DNA of 64,000 bases from a virus (IMGVR_UViG_3300021256_000066:32001-96000), one strand, 5' to 3'. Shown: positions 20,489-30,468, counted from the first letter of the stretch. Notes: a model not told the origin generated them from the sequence alone. Program-made: numbers and translations.

Positions 20489-21190
20489 ATGAAAGAGAAT
20501 ATTGCAGTATTGTTGGCAGAGAGGAACGATTTGGTGGAGAAGTTCAACAAGCGTAAGGACTATGCAGTCCAGGGTACGCAGGACAGAATGGATGAGATTT
20601 GCCGGCAGATAGACAGTCTGATGACAGAGGACAACTCCATTGAGGTGACTTTTTTAGAGTATGGTGTGGTGAGGTACACACAATCACAGATTGATGAGTT
20701 GAAAGCAAAGGGAGTGGATTTATTTCGCTATACGAAGAAAGCAGACGGGATGTACGATCATACGGAGAAGATACTCAAGCAGGGCAGGGTGATACTCTCT
20801 GATAATGACGAGAAGAATCGGTTTTTTCTCTTCTGCATTGGCTACCACAAGTATTTGGATGAGTACACTCCATTCTACCATATCCATGATCACTATCCCT
20901 GCTATCCCCACAAGATACAAAACTCTCTTGACATCTATGAGGGTACATACAAGAATCAGTTTGTGGATGATTTTGTCTATACGACTGCAAACGGAGAGTT
21001 GGCAATCAAGTATGGCAATAAGAGAGTGGATAGTTGGAATACCGCATACAACTGCGTATTGACTACCTCTATTCATGCCAACCTATTCAGCATTAGTCCT
21101 GCATTGATAAGCAAGAACCGCAAAGAGGTGCAGCGTTATGAGGGCAACCGATGGTATCACACTAACCGCATGATTGGGAGTTATCAGTAA
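20489..21190 (+). CDS. Hypothetical protein
   Basis: 233 aa, motifs B and A (CCGC/GCGG variant). Confidence 0.75.
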   Translation: MKENIAVLLAERNDLVEKFNKRKDYAVQGTQDRMDEICRQIDSLMTEDNSIEVTFLEYGVVRYTQSQIDELKAKGVDLFRYTKKADGMYDHTEKILKQGRVILSDNDEKNRFFLFCIGYHKYLDEYTPFYHIHDHYPCYPHKIQNSLDIYEGTYKNQFVDDFVYTTANGELAIKYGNKRVDSWNTAYNCVLTTSIHANLFSISPALISKNRKEVQRYEGNRWYHTNRMIGSYQ

Positions 21191-21319
21191 ACATATTATA
21201 GACATTATAGGAAATCAGAGTAATAACAACTTTTCGATTAAGCGAGTAAAATCAAATGTATTTGAATTGTCGAGCGTGAGAAAAGTCAAACGAAGTTTAA
21301 TTTAATTCAGAATAAGATT

Positions 21320-22051
21320 ATGGTACAGATTGAAAAGATAGACGGAATGTATAAGTGGGATTTGAACCGCATGGTGGATGATTGCTCAAAGAGGATTGGC
21401 GATAATGGCTACTTTGGCAGTTGGCACAAGATTCAGATAGACGGAAAGCAGACGATGGTGTATTGCGATGATAGGGATGCACTCTGCTTTACTGCAATCA
21501 ATGAGTGGTTTGACGAGGTGGTAGTGTTGGAATGGAGTGGTGACTATCGTTGGAATAGCGACAAACCCGCAATCGTAAGGAATGGCGATAAGTTCAATAT
21601 AGTGGAATGTCCCAAAGGTGGAATGTATAATAGCAGCAAGAAAATGCGCTTGCTCTGTGATGTGTGGTTTGAGTTAGTGGGTGATCCCAAATGGAAGTTT
21701 GACGATGAGCTGCATACCTACTGCATCATGGCAAAGATAGATGGCAATGTGGTGAAGATTACCAAAGAGGGTAGCATTGTAGAGGGAAACCCTCAAGAAC
21801 TGATGGCAGAGGTTAGCCATTATAGCATGGATGAGATATTAGAGAAGTGGATTCGTGCAGGCAAACGCTGCATCTATCGTGAGGGATGGGCATACAGAGG
21901 TGCAAAGTCAAAGGTTATCAGCAATGAGGATGCAGAGAGAATGTTACCTCAATACCATTTCGGCAAAGGATTCTATGAGTTGCGTTGGACGATGGATGAT
22001 GGCAAGGTAGCATTGGAGTTCAATGAACTATCAGTATTGGATATGGAGTAA
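21320..22051 (+). CDS. Hypothetical protein
   Basis: 243 aa, motif B leader with inserted palindromic repeat. Confidence 0.75.
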   Translation: MVQIEKIDGMYKWDLNRMVDDCSKRIGDNGYFGSWHKIQIDGKQTMVYCDDRDALCFTAINEWFDEVVVLEWSGDYRWNSDKPAIVRNGDKFNIVECPKGGMYNSSKKMRLLCDVWFELVGDPKWKFDDELHTYCIMAKIDGNVVKITKEGSIVEGNPQELMAEVSHYSMDEILEKWIRAGKRCIYREGWAYRGAKSKVISNEDAERMLPQYHFGKGFYELRWTMDDGKVALEFNELSVLDME

Positions 22052-22112
22052 CCCTTTATAGCGAGTGTAAGAAATCAGAGTAGAAACAATTAAAGTATAG
22101 GAGAAACAAGTT

Positions 22113-22880
22113 ATGATTATCAATATTGAGTTTACAACCGCAAGAGGTTACAAGTATGAGACGATGCGCACAGAGTTTGACCGCAACTATCGGGATGAGG
22201 AACAGGCATTGATCTTCGTGGAGAGCGAGGAGGATGATTTCAATGGCTACTTTGAGGTGAACATCCGCAAGGACAAGCAGGGCAAGGCTATCAGCGAGGG
22301 TTATGTGTGCGAGTATGCAAGCACAGAGGATAGCGACCCACAGACTATCTATGAGGATGCGAAGATTGAGGTCAAGCTGCATGACTTTGACGATGTGTTG
22401 GAGTTGGCTAATGCGGAACTGTGGCAGGATGATTTGCAGATTGTGTTGGAGTACGATGGTGAGTGTTATTGGGCTATCGGCACAGAGATTAAGGCTACAA
22501 AGGAAATTAAGTGGTATGTATCGGCAGACTTTGAGAACGAGGTGCGAGGGCATATCTATGAGTGTTGGGCACACGCAAGGGCTATGGCAAAGGAATTGGC
22601 AAAGACTGACGATAAACCGAAGATGTGGTGTGTGACTTATGTGGGTTTGTCGGATTCGGAGTACAAGGCTAATGGCTATTCAGAGGTTGCTCTGTATGCC
22701 ACAAAGGATGCAGCGAAAGCGAAACTGAAAGCATGGCGAGACAACGAGATTGCGGAACTGAAAGAGCAGGAACGTGACTATGAGATATTGGAAGATGAGG
22801 ACGATGAGTGCCGTATCAGTTGGTGCGGACATGGTGAGCAAATCCGCATTGAGGTACACGAAGTGGAGTTGAATAAGTAA
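22113..22880 (+). CDS. Highly acidic hypothetical protein
   Basis: 255 aa, D/E-rich. Confidence 0.75.
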   Translation: MIINIEFTTARGYKYETMRTEFDRNYRDEEQALIFVESEEDDFNGYFEVNIRKDKQGKAISEGYVCEYASTEDSDPQTIYEDAKIEVKLHDFDDVLELANAELWQDDLQIVLEYDGECYWAIGTEIKATKEIKWYVSADFENEVRGHIYECWAHARAMAKELAKTDDKPKMWCVTYVGLSDSEYKANGYSEVALYATKDAAKAKLKAWRDNEIAELKEQERDYEILEDEDDECRISWCGHGEQIRIEVHEVELNK

Positions 22881-22946
22881 ACCCCTACATATTATATACA
22901 TTATAGAATATTACAGAAATCAGCAACAATTTAATTCAGAAAGATT

Positions 22947-23495
22947 ATGAAGAAAGAGATTATTTTGGCAGTAGCCAATCAGATACAGAACATGATGTAT
23001 AACGACATTACTTGTGAGTATGGAGTGGAGAGTTTTGAGAGTTGGTGCAACGATGGTGAGGTGTTTGAGAACGAGGGTATGGATGCAGCCGATGTGAAAG
23101 AGTGTATGCAGTTGGTTAAGGTGGTTGCTCCATTGGTGGATAACTTGGTGATGAACAACCTCAATATCGACAATCCCGAAGTGGCGGTTGCGAAGAAAGA
23201 GTATGTGGTGCGGTCTATCTCATGGGATGATAAGTTGAATGCTATTATAGAGGCTGCGAGAAATGAGGGATTTGCCGAAGAGGTGGAGGATATAGACTTG
23301 CTCTCATATATCAAGGTGAACGACAAAGGAGAGAAAGAAACCTTTGAGGAACGTTTCGACTATATCGACACTACCACCATTCCGATATCTGTTCACTTTA
23401 TCTGTGGCACCGGCTATGAGAACTATTCCGTACCTATCGGATGGCTGACAGACGAGAGTATTGATAAACTCTATGAGTGCGTGATAAACAAGTAA
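22947..23495 (+). CDS. Acidic hypothetical protein
   Basis: 182 aa, motif B leader. Confidence 0.75.
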   Translation: MKKEIILAVANQIQNMMYNDITCEYGVESFESWCNDGEVFENEGMDAADVKECMQLVKVVAPLVDNLVMNNLNIDNPEVAVAKKEYVVRSISWDDKLNAIIEAARNEGFAEEVEDIDLLSYIKVNDKGEKETFEERFDYIDTTTIPISVHFICGTGYENYSVPIGWLTDESIDKLYECVINK

Positions 23496-23563
23496 TCACC
23501 TTTTATATATTATAGTGAGATTATAGGATTTAGTGAGAAATTAAAAGTATAGGAGATAAGATT

Positions 23564-23788
23564 ATGGGATGGATTAAAACACCAACGAAATCGAGCGAGG
23601 AAATCTTCAGCGAGATTGTCAAAGACAGACCGACTTGGAACGGACGGATTGGCGATAGCACAACACCATACGAATATTGGAGTGACTGGCTGCGTGATAA
23701 CTATGACCTCACAATAAAGCAAGCTGACGAGGTTTGCAGAGGACTTAAAGAGTATTACCATATAGAGCATTTCTATTATGGAGAGTGA
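23564..23788 (+). CDS. Hypothetical protein
   Basis: 74 aa in array. Confidence 0.7.
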   Translation: MGWIKTPTKSSEEIFSEIVKDRPTWNGRIGDSTTPYEYWSDWLRDNYDLTIKQADEVCRGLKEYYHIEHFYYGE

Positions 23789-23826
23789 GAAAAATCAGAG
23801 AAATAACAATTTAATTCAGTAAGATT

Positions 23827-24396
23827 ATGGATAAGACGAATAATACGATGTATTCAAAGGGTATGGTTGATAACATGATTGTGAGCGGTACTGCGGAGAA
23901 CCGCAAAGTGTTGAACGGCACAAACTATCAGTTTGACGAGATGGGCGAGTGCGAGATAGAGATGCGTTTCTTTGACGGATTGGCGGTGGCTACTGACGAT
24001 AGCGGAGTGGTGGTGCGCTATCCTAAGTTGAGCGAGGTGCAGGGGTCTGTAAAGATGCAGCAGGCTATCTACCGACATACGGGATTGAACTGCGCGAGTC
24101 AGTTTGATGTGGCTCTGACCTTTGGCAAGGCTGACCGCTATAAGATGGTGGCTGACTACGACATTTGGCGGTTGCAGGGCGACAACGAGGACTTGGATAT
24201 TACCGCTATACATTCTGCTGACGGAAAGTTTCTGTTTGATGTGTTGGAGGATGACTATGAGGAAATGATGAATGCTGACATCGTGGAGGATGGCTATCTG
24301 TGTGGGCAGCCTACTGACGAGCAGATCAAAGAGTGGCAGGCTAAGTATGGCATTCTGTGGACGGAGAACTTTACTAAGGAGTTGGTGGGTGCTTAA
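23827..24396 (+). CDS. Acidic hypothetical protein
   Basis: 189 aa, ACAATTTAATTCAGTAAGATTATG leader. Confidence 0.75.
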   Translation: MDKTNNTMYSKGMVDNMIVSGTAENRKVLNGTNYQFDEMGECEIEMRFFDGLAVATDDSGVVVRYPKLSEVQGSVKMQQAIYRHTGLNCASQFDVALTFGKADRYKMVADYDIWRLQGDNEDLDITAIHSADGKFLFDVLEDDYEEMMNADIVEDGYLCGQPTDEQIKEWQAKYGILWTENFTKELVGA

Positions 24397-24426
24397 CATT
24401 ATAAACTATATAGGAGATTAAGGACT

Positions 24427-24648
24427 ATGGTACATTTGGAGAGGAAGAATCCCGAAGTGAGGGAACATCTGACTGACGAGGGAGTGCAGATCGTGATGGA
24501 CGCTCTGTTGCACGAAATGGAGCGATACAACAAGGCAATGGACTTGGTGACGTACGGGAACGCACGTCATGCTATCGACTATGCGAAGAAAAAGGTTTAT
24601 CGGGTTTATCAAGTGATGAACAACCTTATGCCCGAAGATAAGGGGTGA
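24427..24648 (+). CDS. Hypothetical protein
   Basis: 73 aa in array. Confidence 0.7.
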   Translation: MVHLERKNPEVREHLTDEGVQIVMDALLHEMERYNKAMDLVTYGNARHAIDYAKKKVYRVYQVMNNLMPEDKG

Positions 24649-24705
24649 CACCACATTATAGACAATCGGAAATATCACAGAAGTTTAATTTAATTCAGTA
24701 AGATT

Positions 24706-25332
24706 ATGAGTACAAGAGCAACGATTAAGATCAAGCAGAGTTTCTATAACACAGACGAGGATTACGACAAGGGCATACTGACACCTTACGAAATCGAGTT
24801 GTATCACCATTCAGACGGATATCCCAAAGGCATTGGGGCGGACATCGTGGAGTTCCTACGCAACAGAAACGATGGCTACGACACCGACAAACCGATATGG
24901 GAAGCTGAACGCATAGCAACGGACATGGTGAGGGGTGAGGTGCTGACGAGCAAGTCGTTGAGCGAGCCAAAGGATGTGCATCGGGATATGGGCTACGATG
25001 TGGCTATCTGTCAGCATGGCGACTGCGTGTATGGCTATCTGATAGACTGCGATGAGCGCAAGGTGACGTGCTACGATATAGAGCCAGGGCAAGAGGATTG
25101 GACGGATGACTGCATTGTGGAGATACCCGACACTTGGGCGCAGTTTGGCGGTCTGCATCTCCCCGAAGAGACGGACGGACTGAAGAAGTTTAGCGAGGCT
25201 ACCGCAGTACAGAAAGCGGAGTGGCTGCTTGAGGTGGCAGAGGAGTGCAAGGTGAAACATCCCGATCTGGAGTGGGACGACATCATCAGCCGTGCCAAAG
25301 AGCGACTGGCAGAGGCAAAGGGAGAGAAATAG
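24706..25332 (+). CDS. Conserved phage protein of the MSTR...YxHxDGYP type
   Basis: MSTRATI...LYHHSDGYPKGIG...HGDCVYGYLID. Confidence 0.75.
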   Translation: MSTRATIKIKQSFYNTDEDYDKGILTPYEIELYHHSDGYPKGIGADIVEFLRNRNDGYDTDKPIWEAERIATDMVRGEVLTSKSLSEPKDVHRDMGYDVAICQHGDCVYGYLIDCDERKVTCYDIEPGQEDWTDDCIVEIPDTWAQFGGLHLPEETDGLKKFSEATAVQKAEWLLEVAEECKVKHPDLEWDDIISRAKERLAEAKGEK

Positions 25333-25366
25333 GCATATTATAGGACATCGGAAATATCACAGCATT

Positions 25367-25528
25367 ATGAGACAAGTATCAGAATCAGACGAGATCAGAA
25401 TGATTGTGCCGTTCGCAGCGTGGCTTGACCGCCACCCGGCAATCGCCAACATCATCATCGGGATTATGGCACTGGCACTCGCCTATGCCGTGTTCTCCTA
25501 CGAGTTCACCATCCCCGCCTATCAGTAG
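25367..25528 (+). CDS. Small membrane protein
   Basis: 53 aa with TM segment IANIIIGIMALALAYAVF. Confidence 0.6.
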   Translation: MRQVSESDEIRMIVPFAAWLDRHPAIANIIIGIMALALAYAVFSYEFTIPAYQ

Positions 25529-25603
25529 CCCCCACACCTTTATATATATTATACACGTTAGAGAACATCACAGAAATCACAAACAATTTAATTCGGAAAG
25601 ATT

Positions 25604-26128
25604 ATGAACACAAAGAACAATATCACGCTCAACACGCTTTGCACCGACAGCAAGTCCGTTAGCCAGGCAAAGGAGAATATCACGAAGAACTGGTGTGACA
25701 TCAACTTCGACGAGCGCACAGACAACTTCATGTTTGAAGAGCGCGACCTGCGCCACTACGATGACGGCGCAATAGAGTTTGATTACTGCTACGTTATACG
25801 CGGCTATGAATATTGGGACTGCGGACACGACGGCTGCGAGTTCTGCTACGAGCTGGCACTGGTGCCTGCATGGGACAGTCTGAGCCGTGACAATCAGGAG
25901 GCCGTGCGCCGAGCCATCGGCGACTCCGACGTTACCGAGGGCTACGCCTACGACATCGCGGAATATGGCATCGAAATCGTCATCGGCACGATCCGCACGC
26001 TCAACGAGTGGCCAGACATCGACATCGTGGCACTGGCTGCTACAGCCATCAACCATCAGGAGCAGACGCTGAAAAGCGATATCCCGCATGACTACTACCG
26101 TCTGTACGACTGGCTGAAGGCCGCGTAA
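25604..26128 (+). CDS. Acidic hypothetical protein
   Basis: 174 aa, array leader. Confidence 0.75.
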   Translation: MNTKNNITLNTLCTDSKSVSQAKENITKNWCDINFDERTDNFMFEERDLRHYDDGAIEFDYCYVIRGYEYWDCGHDGCEFCYELALVPAWDSLSRDNQEAVRRAIGDSDVTEGYAYDIAEYGIEIVIGTIRTLNEWPDIDIVALAATAINHQEQTLKSDIPHDYYRLYDWLKAA

Positions 26129-26183
26129 CACCATTTATATATTATACACCCATATTATAATCACTTTCTAAAATCAGAGCATT

Positions 26184-26978
26184 ATGAATACTTTACAGAA
26201 CAAAATAGACTGGAACAACGAAGTGAAGAACAACCCCACGCGCTTTGACGCTCGTTATTATGCGGAGTCGATTGTGGCCCCGTGGTATCAGGACACAGAC
26301 CCGCGACTCTTCGAGTTTGGCGACGTGGTGGTGAAGGCTTACAAGTGCTGCCCCGCCAACGGATTCACGGAGAAGACTGCGGGATGGCTTGTGGACTTCC
26401 AGCAGGACGTGGACGGACACACCCAGGCGCACACCGAGCGCATGACTACGGAGGTACTGGCTATGCGGCTGGCCGAGTTGTACCGCTTGAAGGCCGACGA
26501 GCAGACACCCCGCGAGGACATCAGCGAGGGTATGACGGTCTATCCTGACGACTGCCTGGCTGAGTGGCACGGACGCGCCGCAAAGGTTGTGCGCCGATGG
26601 CTGGCCGATTGGGGTACGTGGTGTCTGGAACTGGAGTTCAGCGACGGCACGCGCTACGAATACGCCGAGAAATACGTCCTGACACATCAGCCCTGGAGCG
26701 TGGTGGGCGCAACGTGTCACCACCGATGGGCAGACAACGACGTGGTCCTGAAGGTTACAGCCGTAGGCCAGTATTACGGCATCAAGGCCGAGAGCGAGGA
26801 CGGCAAGGTGAAGTGGACGGGACTTGCCCGCGACTTTGTGCCCTGCACACCTGACGGACGCGATCTGCTGCCGGAGCCGCCCGCAGAAGTCACGGAGCAG
26901 CGAGAGCAAAACGATGCTTGCTTCAGTTCTGCCGAGTCGCGACGTGATAAGGCCGAAGGCCAAGTCACCATCGACTAA
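26184..26978 (+). CDS. Hypothetical protein with in-frame palindromic repeat at the C-terminus
   Basis: 264 aa; EQREQNDACFSSAESRRDKAEGQ encoded by the CGAGAGCA...TGCCGAG repeat. Confidence 0.7.
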   Translation: MNTLQNKIDWNNEVKNNPTRFDARYYAESIVAPWYQDTDPRLFEFGDVVVKAYKCCPANGFTEKTAGWLVDFQQDVDGHTQAHTERMTTEVLAMRLAELYRLKADEQTPREDISEGMTVYPDDCLAEWHGRAAKVVRRWLADWGTWCLELEFSDGTRYEYAEKYVLTHQPWSVVGATCHHRWADNDVVLKVTAVGQYYGIKAESEDGKVKWTGLARDFVPCTPDGRDLLPEPPAEVTEQREQNDACFSSAESRRDKAEGQVTID

Positions 26979-27042
26979 TCACCCCCTTTACATTATACAC
27001 CCTTTATACAATCACTTTTTAATCACAGAAAGGAAACGAGTT

Positions 27043-27264
27043 ATGACAAAGAAGAGTAATTATAAGTTCTACATGTGCTACACCCACACCATTGATGGGA
27101 GAGTGGGAGAGGCAAAGATAATATCAGCCGACACCGACATCGTGGCACGTGTGAAGGCTGGCGGAGAGTTTGACCGCTGCGAGAACGCACGCATCGGAAT
27201 ACTCGTAAAGACTGAGGGACGTAGTGAAACCGTCGTAAGCTCGTTTGAGCGCAAAGTGATATAA
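27043..27264 (+). CDS. Hypothetical protein
   Basis: 73 aa after array leader. Confidence 0.65.
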   Translation: MTKKSNYKFYMCYTHTIDGRVGEAKIISADTDIVARVKAGGEFDRCENARIGILVKTEGRSETVVSSFERKVI

Positions 27265-27332
27265 TTTTTGAAACCAATTTTTGTATAATTTCTGCGCGAC
27301 AGCGCATCAAAAAAAAATAGGAGAAACGAATT

Positions 27333-27647
27333 ATGACATCGAACAATACGAATAGCGGCCTGGAGCCGAGAATCATCAAGGGACACAAGTTTATGTGCAA
27401 GAAGTCCGTTCAGATGTATGTTATCAGGGATAACGGAACAAGGAAAGCAACAGGCATGGAAGCCTATACCAAGGGCAAGGTGTACGAGTGTGAAGTTGAA
27501 ACGCCATATCCGGGCACAAGGTACTCCGGCGGTTGCATCACCGACAACCAGGGCGACAAAGGGCATGGATGGTCATACGACCCGGCACACCACCCATGGG
27601 CAGGCGAAAGATGGACGGACTTCTTCGAGGACTTGGGCGAGGCATGA
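27333..27647 (+). CDS. Hypothetical protein
   Basis: 104 aa. Confidence 0.7.
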   Translation: MTSNNTNSGLEPRIIKGHKFMCKKSVQMYVIRDNGTRKATGMEAYTKGKVYECEVETPYPGTRYSGGCITDNQGDKGHGWSYDPAHHPWAGERWTDFFEDLGEA

Positions 27648-27729
27648 GCCGCACGGAGAGTTGGATCTAATCACCTTTATATATATATTATACACATACG
27701 TTACAATCACTTTTAAAAATTATAAGATT

Positions 27730-28260
27730 ATGAATACAGTAAACACAAACAATATCGAGACATTGATGGGCGCGACGCTGACTTGGCAGGGCGCAAGTAA
27801 CTTGCAGAGTGAGTATCTGCTGGAGTCGTACACCAGAGCCTCCAGGGGCAAGGTGGAGGTGTGGCTGCGCGACAAGGCTAACGGGCATATCATCACAATG
27901 GACCTGAGCCGCCGCACGCTGGGCGACCTGCAGCAGAAGGGCGAACGACGCACGGACGCAGGCACCACGATAAGGGTGAGGCAGGACGCGGAACGCCCGT
28001 TGTGGATCACGATAAACAACGGCGTGGCAGGCGACATCTTCAAGAACTGGGGCATGGCCGTGAGCGACCTGCAACGCCACGTATATAACACTTTGCAGGA
28101 CTGCTGCGGGTGCGAGATACACCGCGAGAGCGCAACACGCTATCAAGCATACTTCGAGGACGATGACAAGTGGGAGGTGTCGGAGGTTGTGCCCTTCGAC
28201 CCCGCCAAGCCCGACCACCGCGAGGCTTACGAGGCGCAACGCGACCGCCTGGCTTTATAG
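27730..28260 (+). CDS. Hypothetical protein (last array gene)
   Basis: ATG after CACCTTTATATATATATTATACAC leader. Confidence 0.7.
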   Translation: MNTVNTNNIETLMGATLTWQGASNLQSEYLLESYTRASRGKVEVWLRDKANGHIITMDLSRRTLGDLQQKGERRTDAGTTIRVRQDAERPLWITINNGVAGDIFKNWGMAVSDLQRHVYNTLQDCCGCEIHRESATRYQAYFEDDDKWEVSEVVPFDPAKPDHREAYEAQRDRLAL

Positions 28261-28455
28261 CGTCGTTACAGGAGGTCTGGGAGATTTGGCTCTTCTATGA
28301 GGTTCGACACCTCGCCAGGCCACAAGTTATATATCTTAAAGGATTAAATTGTTTTTTCGGGCTGCTGGGCTGTGAAGTTCGGCAGCTCTTTTTTGTTTAG
28401 TCCCAATTTTGCGGCTGACCATCGGTAATTTAGCACCAGGAAACAAGCGATATTT

Positions 28456-28797
28456 ATGCCGAAGATGATACCGACACGGAGTTGGAATGAGGTTAGGAAC
28501 ATGACCGAGAAGTTTGAGTGGCGCGATCCTCGCACGGGGATTGTGACGCGAGGGTATAATCCCCCTGGCGGGAAGGACGGACGTGGAGTTAAGCGCGTGC
28601 CCTTCCACATCCGCTACATCACGGGTAAGGGCTGCGTGGAGGAGGGCTTTTGCATCTGTCTGAAGGTTTATCCAGAGCTGCGGCAGCGGATGATTCAGTT
28701 TGTAGGTCCTGACGGCACGGGCGGTTCGCGCCAGATTCGCCGCGTGAGGGATTATCTCATCATCGAGATCGACGGCATCCGCATCGTGACGCACTGA
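28456..28797 (+). CDS. Phage hypothetical protein
   Basis: 113 aa; C-terminal QIRRVRDYLIIEIDG; upstream of amidase. Confidence 0.7.
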   Translation: MPKMIPTRSWNEVRNMTEKFEWRDPRTGIVTRGYNPPGGKDGRGVKRVPFHIRYITGKGCVEEGFCICLKVYPELRQRMIQFVGPDGTGGSRQIRRVRDYLIIEIDGIRIVTH

Positions 28798-28917
28798 TTT
28801 AAGGGAATAGTGAATAGTGAACTTTCCGATTAAGCGAGAGCCATGATGCTTGCATCAATGGCCGAGCGTGAGGAAAGTCAAACGAATTTAATAGTGAATA
28901 GTTAAAAAATAAAGACT

Positions 28918-29670
28918 ATGGGAATGATGACTTATCGCGAGGGATCACGCGGGCCGGTTGTGGCAATGATCCAGAAGGCCGTCGGATGTTACCCCGATTC
29001 TATATGGGGTAAACTCACGACGGAGGCTCTGAAGGCATGGCAGCGGGCTCACGGGCTGACGGCTGACGGCATCGCGGGGCCGAGGACGCTGGCGGCTATG
29101 GGTATCGAGGCAATGACTCCGAAGGGCGACGGCCTGCATATAGGTCCTGACTCGGTGGTGAGCAGCTATGGCGGCAAGGCTGTCAGGCTGAAGCGGTCGC
29201 GGCGCAGGATTGACTATATCGCGGTGCATTGCACGGCGACGCCGGAGGGCAGGGACATGACCGTGGAGCAGATCCGAAAGCAGCACAAGGCGCAGGGCTG
29301 GTCAGACGTGGGCTATCATTATTTAATATATAGGGACGGCACGGTGCATCTGGGGCGTGACGTGGATATCAGCGGGGCGCACGTCTCTGGCTACAACGCA
29401 AACTCTATCGGCATCGCGTATGTCGGCGGCTTGGAGAACCGTCCAGGCGTGGCGTATAATAAGCTGAAGGCGAAGGACACGCGGACGGAGGCACAGAAGG
29501 CCTCGCTCATGGCGCTGCTGGCAGACTTGCGCAAGCTATACCCGAAGGCCGTGATTCAGGGGCACCGCGACTTCTCGCCCGACAAAAACCACGACGGCGT
29601 AATCTCGCCCGACGAGTGGGTGAAGGACTGTCCGTCGTTCGCAGCTAAATCCGAATATCGCAATATCTGA
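28918..29670 (+). CDS. Endolysin: PG-binding domain plus N-acetylmuramoyl-L-alanine amidase (Amidase_2, T7 lysozyme-like)
   Basis: LTADGIAGPRT PG-binding motif; IAVHCTAT, GWSDVGYHY, GHRDFSPD, KDCPSF zinc-amidase motifs. Confidence 0.93.
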   Translation: MGMMTYREGSRGPVVAMIQKAVGCYPDSIWGKLTTEALKAWQRAHGLTADGIAGPRTLAAMGIEAMTPKGDGLHIGPDSVVSSYGGKAVRLKRSRRRIDYIAVHCTATPEGRDMTVEQIRKQHKAQGWSDVGYHYLIYRDGTVHLGRDVDISGAHVSGYNANSIGIAYVGGLENRPGVAYNKLKAKDTRTEAQKASLMALLADLRKLYPKAVIQGHRDFSPDKNHDGVISPDEWVKDCPSFAAKSEYRNI

Positions 29671-29792
29671 AATATATCGCAATCTTTGAATTACATTTGA
29701 ACTTTTTCTTCATGCCGAGCGCGGCGAGATTTGTTTAGTAGTAGTTTTTTCATATTAGTTTAAAGTTTTAGTTATTGGTAATTTTTTCTCCG

Positions 29793-29826
29793 GACTGCCG
29801 CCTGTGAAGGCCGCAGTCTTTTTTGT
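29793..29826 (+). terminator. Intrinsic terminator
   Basis: GACTGC-CGCCTGTGAAGGCC-GCAGTC followed by a T run. Confidence 0.65.
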
Positions 29827-29991
29827 TTGTTGCTATCATTAATTGTGAATGAACGTGAAGGAATCGTGCCGTTTTGTTGCTATCACCTAAAAGATGTTAA
29901 GCGCAAGCAACTTTTCTTATTAAATGCTTGCAACAAATAGATATTTTTCGTACCTTTGCCGATGAAAATATTAATAATTAAAATTTAGTTT

Positions 29992-30468
29992 ATGGAGATT
30001 GATGTGACATACACGGCGAAGGACGGGCGGAGATTCAGCGACCCGTATGAGTGCGAGGAGTATGAGAAGCGGCTGGGTACTAAGGCGGGCACGGTTGGAC
30101 GGGCACGCATCGACCTGAAGGAACTGGGCGAGGACAGATACGTGTTCGGAATGCTGAAGGTGAGGCATGATGACTGCAACCACTACCGTACCTATGTGAC
30201 ACGGTGCGTGGACGACAAGCTGGAGGACTACGTGAACGTGAACAGTCTGGACGTGGACAAGCGGTGGATTAGGAACACTGTCGCCGACGTGCTGCGCGAC
30301 ATTGAGCAGTTCGGTGACGATGATCTCTGCGAGTATGAGTTCATCTTCTGCGATCACTGGGAGTTCGGCGGTGAGCATGCGTTCGGCTGCTGTCGCACGC
30401 ACAACCAGGAACTGTGGGACGAAATGGAGAAAGCCGCCAAGGCTGATGCTGAAAATACAAAGAAATAA
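29992..30468 (+). CDS. Hypothetical protein
   Basis: 158 aa; -7 box TACCTTTG at 29951. Confidence 0.75.
   Translation: MEIDVTYTAKDGRRFSDPYECEEYEKRLGTKAGTVGRARIDLKELGEDRYVFGMLKVRHDDCNHYRTYVTRCVDDKLEDYVNVNSLDVDKRWIRNTVADVLRDIEQFGDDDLCEYEFIFCDHWEFGGEHAFGCCRTHNQELWDEMEKAAKADAENTKK

Noticed and set aside
13392-28260. CRISPR array or integron
   Set aside because: Repeats are degenerate and separated by whole genes; no cas genes, attC structure or adjacent IntI.
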